This document shows, one piece after another, positions 14,121 through 26,616 of a stretch of 64,000 bases of DNA. Under the pieces are notes generated by a model. That model ran no database searches. It was given only the letters and a program-made list of their open reading frames with translations, and was not told the origin of the DNA. Origin of the DNA: Flaccisagitta enflata (Eukaryota). The stretch spans positions 15,190,001 through 15,254,000 of the forward strand of contig OZ231126.1 of NCBI GenBank assembly GCA_965153355.1, given 5' to 3'. The position numbers and the translations under genes are program-made. Every line of letters begins with the position of its first letter. Within the stretch, counting starts at the first letter, position 1.

Positions 14121-14496
14121 TGTGTGTGTGCGTGTGAGAGAGTGGTTGTGCGCCCCCGCCTCTCCTTTCGCAACGATGTTGCAACCCTGCAATACTTATT
14201 CAAACCCCTCTTTCCTTTTTCCCTCAACTCCAGGCGAAGTGGACGAGGATCTCGAACCGGAAACGAAAGAAGAATGCAACGAGAAATACGGCGACGTCAT
14301 CTCCTGTACGATTTACGAAGTTCCCAACGCGGAAGACGACGAGGCCGTCCGCATTTTCGTCGAGTTCAAACGGGTCGAGGCCGCCATCAAAGCCGTCGTC
14401 GATCTCAACGGAAGGTTCTTCGGCGGCAGAAGCGTCAAAGCCTCTTTTTACAGCTTTGACGATTATAAAAACTTGAGTCTCGGACTGCCTGCTTGA
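10162..14496 (+). CDS. RBM17: Splicing factor 45 (SPF45/RBM17), G-patch + UHM domain; exons 10162-10445, 10624-11356, 14234-14496; small 5' coding exon not located
   Basis: Spliced translation gives GWGSNSGFRLL, EEYNPLRPNDYEKLV (SF45 motif), VASKIMAKYGFKDGQGLGKGSQGMSTALVVEKTSKRGGKII (G-patch) and KVVLLRNMVGPG|EVDEDLEPETKEEC...AVRIFVEF...AIKAVVDLNGRFFGGRSVKASFY (UHM). GT-AG junctions are phase-compatible; stop TGA at 14494-14496. Confidence 0.95.
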
Positions 14497-14932
14497 TTGA
14501 AAACAAAAACTCATCATGCTAGAACGAAATCGTTGACTTTTTTTCGAATGCTAAAAATTCAGCATGGAAAAGTTAAAATTCCCGTAGATTTCTTGTTGAT
14601 TGAAATCGCCGTCCGCGTTATTTGTATTGTTCCCCAATTGTTGCCCCCAACATCCGTACTCCTCTCGAACCCGCCTCGCTACGTCGACGTGACTTCAATC
14701 ACTTGCTGGCAATTGTTCATCCATTTATTTTAGACTTTTAATCCCTATAAATTCTTCAAGGTGAAGGGTTGAAATTCAGTTTCGGTGGCTATGTATATCG
14801 ACCGCTGTGTTTCAATGTAGTGGTGTTGCGATGACTCGTTTTGGCGTTTCGAGATAAGCTCGTAGGCTTTTCGCCAAAAATGGCTGGCAAAAAACAAAGT
14901 GTCTATAACGTGATCAGGACGAATCTACGCTG

Positions 14933-17900
14933 ATGGAGGACAAGAAGAAAGACGAGGGGGACCCCGCGGTAAGTGTTTTGCTTTCATCTTAAAAGTTTAG
15001 TTTTATCTAAGCGTTGCAGCAGCTGTGGGTTTTTATCTGTCCACTGCCAAGCAGATGCTTAAGTCTGCCATCCTCTTTTGTCCGGTCTCTGTAATTTTGC
15101 CTGTCATTCTTCCATTCTCTCTGTCATTCTACCTTTCTTTCTGTCATTCTACCTTTCTCTCTGTCATTCTGCCCTTCTGTCTGTCTTATGGCCTTCGTTA
15201 TCCTGGGAGTCCATCATCCTGTCTGTTCCTCTGTCTGTTCATCCTGCCTGCTCATTATTCTGTCTACCATATTGATTGTCCATTCTGCCTGTTATCCTGC
15301 CTGTGAATGATTCGGTCATCTGTTTGCCTTCCTGCCCGTGTTCTCATCAGTTTATACCTCATGTTCGTAATTGACGATGCATTCTATGATAAAGGAGCCC
15401 GAGACGAGAGATCCCCTGAAAGAGGCTCTCGATGAAGTCGCCAAATCTGACGTCAACAAACGGAAAATCCTCATTCCCTCCGAAGATGACGAGGACGACC
15501 CAGAAAGGAAAAAACTGCATCTCTCGACGGCAGGGGACGATCAGAAGGCTGAAAAAAGCGAGGTGAGACGCTCCCGCGGTGACCTATTGGCCCGTCAACC
15601 GATGTTTACTGGACGCAGCTTTATCTGATCCAAACGAATCGAATTATTTATCTCTTCTTACCCATTTTCATCCGTCTATCAGACCGAATCGTCGGCTACT
15701 TCTCCGGATAAATCTTCAAAAACTCAAAACGAACAATGTTCATGTCGCTTAATCTCGTCTTCGACCACAGCTTCAACTCCACCGACATCCTCATCGTCAC
15801 CATCATCCCATCCTCATCGTCACCATCATCCGCCTCTTCAACCTCCGATTCCAACACCTCTTCAACCTCCGACTCCAACACCTCCTCATCCTCCACCTCC
15901 GCATCCCCTTCCATCCCCAGCGCGCCGTCGACTTCCTGCGATAAATGTCGCCATCGTCTGCCGCCTAAAACTGTGATCGTGGGCGAGCGAGGCGCCTCCA
16001 TCGAGTATCACGGATGTCGGGTCAACATTCCTCCCGGAGCTATTAAGAAATACACGAGAATCAAGCTTCAGTTCCTCGATTACAAGTCTGTGAAAACGCA
16101 AAAGGAGGATGCCAATACGAGCAGAAAAAAAGGCAAGTGGGTGTACTGACAGAAAGGTTCAGGATTATGTAAATAAGTTTTAAATCCCTTTCTTTATCCG
16201 TCACAAATACATATCTATTTTGCTCGAGCTCAATGAAGTCATTGGCCTTATTTGTTGGATAGTGTACACGTGACTTAGATGGTGATCAGTCCCTCGAAAT
16301 AAATTACATTCCCGGCTTTCTTTGCTTTATCATCGACTATGAATTCTCAACTAAGGTATCTGCTGCTCGATTTTCAGGCATGGTGGTGTCTCCGGTTTTG
16401 CAATGCGGTCCGTCGGGTTTGAAATTCGAAGGGAAAGTTCCGGTGACGATCATCCTTCCAATTTGCGTGTATCCGGCTAAAGAGATGGAGGACGAAGTTC
16501 GTCTCACCGCCCTTTGTCAACACGGCAATGGAAGCGTCGATCAAATCAATGAAAGGAAGTTTGGACACGGAGAAATGAAAATCGGTGAGCTGATTTCTTT
16601 ACCTCGTCCTTTCCTCCATTTCACTCCTTCATTATTCCTTTCGGGCAGCTGAATTTTATGGGCTGATGTCCTGTAGGACACAGAAGTGAATTTCCAGGTC
16701 TGCTTTATTCCTTCCATCTACATCCTTCTCAAGGCTTCAAAGCCTCAATCCTTATTCAATAATATGGAATGATAAATGCAACTTCCTTACTAATACATTG
16801 GAAACATGAAAATGAAAAAATGTTATATTCTCATTGAATATAATAAAATTGATTATAGCACTGAAAGCAAAACTCCCATTGTATATTATGGAAATGTCTG
16901 TACTGGGCATGCCTTCAGAACGTATGAAATTCACTCCTGTGTCCTAAAAGACATTGGTCTTGTGCTGCGCTGCCCTGCTCTTTACTCCACTTTTCAGCTA
17001 CACCAAGCAGGCTTACTGGGTGTACTTCGCTGACCATGTGCAATCCTTGGATGACTTGTTTTCATCTCCATCTACCTGTCTCTGTTCATCTATTCATGTG
17101 GTTCCCACTCCGTCTCTCCGTCTCACTTTGCTAATGCAATAAATTATCCCTTGTCCGTCCGTCCGTCCGTCCATCTTCCTTTCTTAATCTTCTATTCCCT
17201 TTCTTAATCTTCTGTTCCCCTTGCATTCTTTCCGCGCCCACCTTTCTTCACTTAGTTCATAATCATCGAAACACCTTCCCCCTTCTTTACCCTTGTATTT
17301 TTACAGAAACTAATCATTTCTCTGTCTATTACTGGGAGACTGACGTCTCTCAACAAGAGCATTGTTACAAGCGTTTGGCCGCGTTTTTGTTCGGAGAAGC
17401 CGCCGCTGAACAAAAAGAAAACGTCATGAAAGTCTGCATTTGCGACGATATGCCTCATGTCATCGCGGCGCTTGAGAAAGGTGCGGATATTCTCGTACAA
17501 ATACATCTGCTAGTTTAGTGAATGGCGTTGACTGATGCATTGAATGGATTTCTGAATTGAATTATTTGGAAACCTCGAGAGTACATATGATAAATAAAGT
17601 GTGGCTCTTATCATGTTCCCTGTACTTGTGTGTATACGATCCAGATCTGAAATCGGATGGATTGCGCCGATTAGATTCTGCGCACACGCTACCCGTCAAA
17701 CAAGGCGATGACGTGTCTATCGAGGTTGACCCGGGACCGTCCAAATCCTACACTATCGCCCCTACGGAAGATGTTATCAAATCTGAGTCGTTGTGGGTTG
17801 TTGAAACGAAGATCAAGTCGCATTTCGAGGTTTGTCGTCAAGTTGAGATTGATTTAGCGTCCTAAAATGACAGTCTCAGTGAATTAGGCATGGTTGATAT

Positions 17901-19159
17901 TTACGCTGCAGTTGAAATAGATTGATACAATTTTTGTTCCATTCTGTGATTCTGTGTTCACTCAATATTGCGCTATAGGTTCGCCGAACTGTGGAGAAAA
18001 TCGAGAGAGGCACCGTGACTTTCAACCTGAAGAACAATAGGTCGGTTAACATCCGGTTGGTCGGCTCCATAAATATTGAAAAGAAAGAGGCGGAGGATGA
18101 TTCTGGGACGGCATCCAGCAATTCATCTCCAAGAGGTTGGTTCTTTGAAGAGTTGACTAGCTCATTGCGGCAAATGATTGTAACCATCATGATGAATTAC
18201 ACATGCACGAATTTTTTACTCCTTCTCATTCCTAGTGATTGGTTATCCTTATCATTCAGATTCCAGTGCGGAAGACGAGCATTCACCGTCGAAGGGCAAA
18301 GAGGACAAGAAGAAATTGACCAAGGAAGTCGAGAAAACTATCAAAGCGATAGTCGACGACAGACGAAATGGTAAATGATTGTCCGTTTCACATTTGCAAA
18401 TTTTGGCCTTATTGGATCCAATTCAATCATCGCAATCAATTGATAAAATCGTTATCGGATTTATGGAGAGACCCAATTTTCCACGTGTTTTCCTCCTAGC
18501 TTTTGATCTGAAACGGAAAGATTGCCGGAAAAAAATGAGAGGTTCTTTGGTTTCACCAATCTTTTTTTTACATCTTGGCTTCATTTCCGCATCTTGTGTC
18601 ATTCTGTTGGGGCATTTTGTGGGGATAACCAATTCCGAGTTCCTTTTTTACCGAGTTCCTACTGTACATTAACCGCAAATTTGCATGCATTGCACGCCGC
18701 TTTAGATTTCATGGGAAATCAGTGCCTATGATGAGCATCAGTCGGAGTACTGTCTTATCTATCTCCACATAAACCTTAGTACATACAGTATAATTTTTAA
18801 AGGATTTGGAGCTTGATTAATTGAGCGTATTGCCATAGGCACCGACTTTCCCGGACGTCCGTTTTAGATTTATTCTCAAAGTATCAACCTGTTCATTTTT
18901 GCGTATGGCGAATCTGGTTCTTGGGGGGGGGGCCCCCCCCCCCTGCTATTTCAGTAAAACGTAAACGCGAGGAAAGAGAAGAAGACGAAATCGACGACGT
19001 GCTTTTGTACGAACTTTCCGAGAGAATCCACGAAGACCGGAAGAAGATGGCCCTCGCTTTGGGTCTCAATTACGTGGAAGAGATCACGCCCATCGAGAAA
19101 AAGATACCCGATGACGTCGTCGGGCAAACCTTCGAACTTTTCCAAAGATGGAAGCAAAG
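14933..19159 (+). CDS. ZU5-UPA-Death domain protein (PIDD1/UNC5CL/ankyrin-like supramodule, no TM or LRR seen); exons 14933-14968, 15395-15562, 15683-16132, 16378-16584, 17307-17480, 17645-17829, 17979-18135, 18260-18370, 18955-19159; 3' end incomplete
   Basis: ZU5: VIVGERGASIEYHGCRVNIPPGAI...VVSPVLQCGPSGLKFEGKVPVTIILP...ETNHFSVY. UPA-like: KRLAAFLFG...MKVCICDD. Death-fold-like: DDVLLYELSERIHEDRKKMALALGL...QTFELFQRWKQ. Junction phases are all compatible given one GC donor (16133) and an apparent 1-bp deletion near 15808. Confidence 0.82.
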
Positions 19160-21537
19160 GTAAAGGTTGTGGGCCTGTGTCCGCATCATCTACGCGCATA
19201 GGGCGATATCATCATCATTCTTCATTCTTGTTGCCACCCATATTCCTAGCTTTTCACTTCAATTCGCTATTTCGTTGGTTTTTCGTTTCTTTTGACGCCA
19301 TCTCTTTTATTTTGGCCTCCGTGCAATCTAACTCCCTTCTTTCTATGTCCGTCTGTGTCTTTCTTCCTATCTTTCTGCCAGTCTTTCTTTTTGTCCTCGA
19401 CGATCAGTTTACGTCGAGGACTATAACATAGCACTGATCGTGTAGTAAGCCGTTTGTTTGTTGTTCGTCGTTGTTCGTCGTGTCAACCCTTAAAAACTTG
19501 AGAACCACAACTCAGATGTTGATGAAACTTGGTCAGTGTTGTTTTTAGGGCATTACTAACCTGTGTACCAACTTTCAACAACATTCATAAATATTTAATA
19601 CCCTTTGCCTATTATTTTTGTAGTAATATTAATTCCTGGACTTGTGCAATTTACATAGGGGAAGGGTAGTAAAGGTTCACCAATGTTGTTCAAACTTGTT
19701 GTGAAGGTTTATTGCATCAATTAAAGCTCCCCTGTGATTGATAACTTGAGTATTGTTTTAGAAGATAGAGGTATTTTTGCTAGTACATATCTTTAAACCG
19801 CAAAGCACTCGCTGAATCCAAATCTGCAGTCAAAATACCAGAAAACATCACCACAAAGAGTTATGATGAAAAATGTATCAAATTTTTACACCATTTTTGC
19901 ATATATTTCAAAACTGCCCAAAAGTGATTTAGTTTCCTAGATTTATATTGTACACACTACAATGACCCAAAACTATCAAAGTGAGAGACGATCATTCTAC
20001 TCCTCAACTCATTCCGTGTTTTGGCTGGTAGTGCGGCCTTGTCAGCCCTGGCTTGCGGGGTTGTGGCTGAAGGAGGGGGAGCAGGCACCGAAGGGGCCGA
20101 TGACCTAGGCTTTCACACGCATGGGGAATTTTCTCCTCCTTCTCCTCCTCCTTCACGCACCCCTCCTCCTCAGCCTGGAGTAGCTCATCTGCCTGAGGCC
20201 CATATCCAGTTTCTGAGGCCCAAATCCCAGTCTTGAGGCCTAAACTTAGAGACTGGAATCTGGGCCTGGGGTTGGGATTTGGGCCTCAAGACTGGGATTT
20301 GGGGCCTCAAGACTGGGATTTGGGGCCTCAAGATCAGATGGGCCCTCTAGGGTTGAGATATGGGCCTGATGATGGGGAAGGGGGGCATTTAAGGAGGAGG
20401 CCCCCGCCCAAAAGGAGGAACAAGTCATCCAAGGATCGCACATGGTCAGCGGTACCCAATGCCCTGCTTGGAGTGATTAGCTGAAGAAGTAGAGTGAGAG
20501 CAGGGCAGCGGCCCCAAAGAGCCAATGTCCTGTAGGACACAGGGGTGAATTTCCATACATCTTGAGCAATTATCCATAATATTCAATGGGAACTTTGCAT
20601 TTTTTCAATTTCTTGTCAATTTGCCATATTATTCAATAGGAATTTAACATTATTTTCAGTTCTTATCAATTTTCCATGTTATTCAATGGGAAACATGCAT
20701 TTTTTGCTTTTTCGTTAATTTTCCATGTTATTCAATGTGAAGTTTGCATTTTGTCAACTTTCCATGTTATTCAATGGGAATTTGAGGCTTGAGAAGCTTT
20801 GGGGGGGGGACGGACATACGGACGTATGGAAATTCACCCCTGTGTCCTACAGGACATCGGCCCTTTGGGGCCGCTGCCCAAAAAGCGAGAGAAGAGGAAA
20901 AGGATAAAGGAGCAAAGAGAGAAAAGAGCGAGAGAAGAAGAAAGGAATGAAACGTCGGTGAAATGGTCGCATTCACGGTGAGGCAAATGTTTTGGGCAGG
21001 ATACAAGGGTATCATAGTCACGTTCGGGTGGACAGGCGCAGGGGCGAATTTGAGCCTAAACTTTTGGGGCAGAAAGCCAAAACTGTGTCCCAACGAATCT
21101 TGTGATTTTTCTATTACAAATTATGCAACTAATATTACTTATTAGTATTGCTTTTTAATGTAGCTATTGTGTTATCATATAAACGGAAGTCTTGCTTTAT
21201 TACAGTGTAAAATGTTTAATATCTAAAGCATAAACAAGCCCAAGGATAATGTTTTGTCATATAATGTGAAGCATGCATAGTTATTGTCAAAAATTTTGTT
21301 ATATTTGGAGCATTGTCCTTTTCGCATCTTGGGGCAAAGCAGAATCATTTTCCATCGGACGTTTTTAAAGAGGATTTCAATTTTTGGTGAAAACTTGGAA
21401 ATGAGTAATGATTCAGATCGATTTGGTTGATGAAGGTCAAAGGCATCAACCTAGACAACTAATTGAATGGCCGAGGGGATGAATAGCTCTGTAGATCGAT
21501 CCCATAAAACCCCACTGTATTACAGCTGGAAACATTT

Positions 21538-21598
<61 letters not shown>

Positions 21599-23593
21599 TT
21601 TGTGTCCCGATGAGTTTTGTGCCCCAACAAAAAGGGCGACAGCTGCTGTCCCTGATGCCCCGTCAAACATGCCCCTGGACAGGAGCAGTGATGAACTTGA
21701 CCAGTCAGGGGCGACAAGGTTACAGGAAAACGCGAATAATTGACTAATGCGATCGATGGACCAGACAGACCGACAAACGGACCTGGAAAGAGCACATGAA
21801 TATAGAGTCGCCTAGCTCACCCCCGATAATCATCCAATCGAGGATGCACGCAAGTTTAGGGGGCGGGGGTTGGAGGTTAGTCAAGATTAGCTGCTTACAC
21901 GTATTTTATATTAAGTGTTATGGGCTGATTGATTTATAGGAAACAAGGCCGGATACACGGCTACCTTAGTCGCGTGCGGGTGGGCAGGGGCGGCGAAAAA
22001 AGCTAAGCGTGACGGATGGACGGACGGACAGACGGACAGACGGACCGACCGACCGACAGACGGACAGAGCGGGTTGTAGAGTACGCCTGTCAGGTTGCCT
22101 TGATTGGCGAAAATGCCCCAATGCACCTCAGTTATCTTATTCATTTGCCAAAAATCTCTCAAAGAGCTACTGCATGACTTTGAAATTAATCGGGAACCTT
22201 TTTAAGGATGACTCATAGATGTGCATGAGCGAGACAGATATTACATAAAAGAAATATGGATTCTAATAATGATTGCAGCTAATTTAAATAATCTTTGGCA
22301 AAGAACCAAATTAAATAGGGCGCATTGGGTGACTTTCACCACTTAAGGCATCCTGACAGGCATATTGTAGAGTCGCGTGCACGCAACTAAAAACATTCAC
22401 AGGTTTAGATTCACCCATTACTTTTAAAGAATAAGGAGAAATGGATTCATGTATCTTTGATGGATGCATTTCGAAAAATCGGTTCATGACATGACACGAC
22501 ACTTAAAACTCACTGTAATCAAGTTAATATTTTGCTGGACTCATGTCTCAACCCAAAAAGCGAGTGAGATGAGTGATTGTGCTGATGGATACATTGAACT
22601 TGCTTGGAAGTGCGAACTGCAGTATCAAATAGAATGAATTCACTCCCTCAGAATGAAAGGAATCGCTGAAGAAGCAGATAATAAAGAAAGAAACAGAAAT
22701 AAGGAAAACGACAAAGGGTGGGGGGGGGATGGGGTGCGAGGAGAAGGATGAGGATGATAACTTTCAAAAGAAGATAGCCACAGTTGACACTATCGTCAAT
22801 ATTTCCTCCATAATCTTTCTTAGTGATTCAAAAAAGAGGTCTTTTTATTTTTTGCTTCAACTGACGGATGAGGAACAATGGGAGAGAACAAAAATAAAAG
22901 TAACTTGTGATATCTTTGAAATGTTGGATGTGTTATCAAAAGTTTCAATTTCTGTGCATTTATACATTAGTTTGCATGGGTGTGCTTAATGCAAGTTTGA
23001 GAGTCTTTGAGCTCGTGTAACTTAATTTGCATTGGTCATGTTTACCCATATTGTGTGAGAAATACGCATGATGGGCAACTCTAACATTTCGTGACGAGAT
23101 CGGATGGAAAGTGAGCAAAGAGAAAGAATGGAAATTTTAGGCCTGCGGGTTCCAGAATATTGCCCTAAAGAAAGAGACGGGGATGGCGGGGGGGGGGGGG
23201 AGGGGGAAGAGGGGATGGCGGAGAGGGGCAAGATATAGGATCAAATCGTGCAGTCTTAGCCATGAAATTGTTGTAATCTAGAAATATCATTCTTATTTTT
23301 GCTCCGATTCAAAATTCAGTCAATATTGCAAGTGTCCCATTTCAAAACTACTACCTATGCTTTGCTACAGCCATGTCATTACATGTCTCCAATATGCATC
23401 GCCTGGCCTCGTGATTTCCTGACGTGCATCTGAGTAATTTCGTTGTCAATGACACTGAGGCTTAATAATGGTTAGGCAGCCATTTATTTAGGTTTCCGGT
23501 TTTTAGTCGCGTGCTACGCGACTCTACACCCCACTACGTCGGTCGGTTGGTCGGTCGGTTGGTCGGTCAGTCGATCGGTTGGTCGGTCCCCTT

Positions 23594-23900
23594 TTGGGCA
23601 GCGGCCCCGAAGGGATCGATGACCTATGCTTTCACACAGGGGAATTTTCTCCTCCTCCTTCTTCTCCTCCTTCTCCGTACACCCCCCTACCTCCTGGCCC
23701 ATATCTCAGCCTCAAACCCCATATCTCAGCCTTGGCCTGGAGGTGGAGTGGAGGAGGAGAAGAAGGAGGAGGAGAAAATTCCCCTGTGTGAAAGCATAGG
23801 TCATCGATCCCTTTGGGGCCGCTGCCCTGCTCCCCCCTCAACTTCAACCACAACCTACTGAGGCAGGGCACGGATACCGCTGACCATCTAACGGTTTTGC
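23594..23900. mobile_element. Representative of a second dispersed inverted-repeat family (GGGCAGCGGCCCC(G/A)AAGGG..GATGACCTATGCTTTCACAC / ...GTCCTGTAG(G/A)ACACAGGGG)
   Basis: Inverted copies at 23594-23660 and 23765-23830. Further copies at about 20080, 20500-20880, 49430-49710, 50005, 53680-53995, 62030 and 62560-63070, usually with internal 21-bp minisatellites. Confidence 0.7.
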
Positions 23901-26107
23901 GACTAATTACTTTTTCAGCGTTTTTGAGCTTTTTAAGCATACGGCTCCTGCCCGGATGCCCTAGTGCTGGAAAAGGTCACTAGGGCCTAGTGACCTTTTC
24001 CAGCACTGCTCCTGCCCACCCGCACGCGACTAGGGTAGCCGTGTATGCGGCCTTGCTGTTGGATAATTTGCGTGTTCAACAAAAAAATCATTGGATTTTC
24101 AAGATGACATTAAGTAACTTTGAGGGAAAAGAGGGAAAGATAATGAGCGTTGTGAGGTCTCTATCGCATGACAATAAGGGAAACTGTAAAAGAGAAAATT
24201 TCTCATGGAACAAAAGAAAAATGTTCACGCTGCTGGGGCAGTCTGTGACAAGCGGACTAAGGTTGGAACCATGACCTTTTTGATTTCTTTCATTTTTAGT
24301 CGCGTGCACGCGACTCTATAACCCACTCTGTCCGTCTGTCTGTCGGTCCGTCTGTCGGTCACGCTTAGCTTTTCTTAGCTTTTTCGCCGCTCCTGCCCAC
24401 CCGCACGCGACTTCGGCTCGTGTATACGGCCTTGTTGGTATATAGTATCACCCTATGGAGATGTACTCTCATGACAAAAATTTTGGCTCCATCACCCCTT
24501 GGTGGGGGTGATAGGGAGGTGACAAATTTTTAGGGGGGCTGTTTATATGCTTATTTCATTTTTTCATGGTGTCTTCCCGTGAAAGACTCAAGATATTTTA
24601 AGAACTGAATTAACCTAAATATAGTAAGGGCTTTTCATTGAAAAAACTGAAAAAACCAAAATTTTAAATATTTCAAAATTCTAGGCCAAAAAAGGGGGTA
24701 TTTTGGTGATTTCGGCACTAAGGGACGTGAAACTCAAATTTTCGACTTCACCAATGGATTCCTTATGTCGCGCTGAAATTTAGCACAGAATTTGCTACCC
24801 ATGCCCAATGAATCATGATTTTTATAAAACAAAATTAGCGGAAATTTTTTTCTTGGGTGTTTTCAATAAAGTTATGAATCGATATATTTTGTATGGATAA
24901 ACTTTCACATGCCAGTTTTGACCTCAAACTTCTCATTTTATGGTTGAAAAATAGGTGAAAAAGATAGAAAAATTCAATTTGTTTTTCTACCATGACCTAC
25001 ACAGAATTACAAATTTGCATAAAAAATCAAAATATCAACAAAATAAGAACATAGTGCGATCCCTAAATCATGTACTGAGAGCGCTATGTTCTTATTTAGT
25101 TGATATTTTGATTTTCCATGCAAATTTGTAATTATGTCTAAGCATAAATGAGATGCTTGTAAAAGATTTCTTCACTCTTTTGGCACTTTATCATTGAATT
25201 TCTCTCAATCATTTTGAATTGATCTCATTTGGCGGTTACAGAATGGAGATCTTTCATAACCTGATATTTCAAGGTTGGAAAAAAAAAGAAAGATATTTTG
25301 ACTGAAGCAAAATCAGTGGTGGAAGTGGTGACTATGTCCTCTGGGTAAGTACTTCAGTTTTAATTTTCAGTGCGTCTTATGTCAATTTTACTGTGGGTAG
25401 ATAAAAATTGTGTCGAGTATAGAACTGCTAGAGGGGTAAATTTTGATTCAAAAATGCCCAAAATGGTCATTTTTTGGTTAATAATCCTTATTTCTCGCAG
25501 AACTAATACCATTATTGGACAAAACACCTGTGATTGGTTTCAAACAGAAAATATTTAGTAATGAAATACAAAAAATGAAGTGTGGGCTCCTAGGGGGGCC
25601 ACACAGGGCCATAAAAATCTTAAATATAGTTAAAATTGACCAAAATTGTGATTTTTTCTGTTTTGCTTTGAAACAAAATGAAATTTCCAATTTGGCAATA
25701 TTGAGGTGATGTGATTATGTACAACAGCTACATGAAACAGATAAAATACCTTCAGGGTTTGAATTAGGGAGCCCATAAAAGCCAAATATTGTCATATTGT
25801 CATTTTTTGGGTTTGATCTTTTTATGCGTAACTTTTGATTGAATGGAACAAGATTTATTTAAGTAACCCATGCCCCACCCTTTTTTAGGGCAGCAGCCTC
25901 CAAGGGGACAAACTCATGTAGAACATAAAGGTAATCTGTTTGTATGTCCGTTTGTATGTTCACCTCCCTTCAGTGCTTCATCTCTCTTGGGGCCTATTCT
26001 GACCCATATTTTGCTTACTGGCTCAAATCCAAACAATATGACCCAAATCTAAGCATAATGGCCCAAATCCAAGCAGAATGGCTTAAATCCAGGAAGAATG
26101 GCTCATA

Positions 26108-26616
26108 GAGTAGATGTTGTCTAGACTTTGAAATACGGGGGAGCTCATAACCTCAGCATCAGTACAGTGAGGGAACTGATATTTTGTTAGTGTAATGTAT
26201 AGAGCTTAAAGGGTTGACGATGGGGTATGGTATCCCCCTACGGCTTACCTTACAAAAAAAACTTTTAGTATAAAATGTTAGAATCAATCACTTTTATGGC
26301 AGAATTTCAGCTTCATCTATTTGCTTTAATTGCAAAACCAGCCTGGGATTCAAACCTGGAACTTCTAAAGAAATGAAGTGATCAAGAGGGTTTAGAAGTC
26401 AAGTAAGTTAACCACTAAACCAATTCCGGCAGCTGTTTGAGTGGAGCAAATTTGTTTTAGTAAATTCAAAAGAATTTTCTATGCACAGAGCTGCCATACC
26501 CCATCGTCAACCCTATAGGACATAAGCATTTTACAGACACAGTTTCATTTCATTGGCGCAAATGGTAGTTAGGATATGAGGGCCCCCGCATTTCCAAGTC
26601 TAGACGACATCTACTG
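26108..26616. mobile_element. TA-flanked MITE (CAGTAGATGTCGTCTAGACTTGGAAAT TIR family)
   Basis: TIRs at both ends with TA flanks; same TIR as 46851-47410. Confidence 0.75.

Noticed and set aside
20970-21000. CACGGTGAGGCAAA as a possible left Transib end of a giant element carrying the RAG1-like gene
   Set aside because: No matching inverted end or TSD was seen in the window; it cannot be supported without downstream sequence.
22648-22989. Candidate terminal exon for the death-domain gene
   Set aside because: Phase-compatible, but the translation is low-complexity and not death-fold-like.
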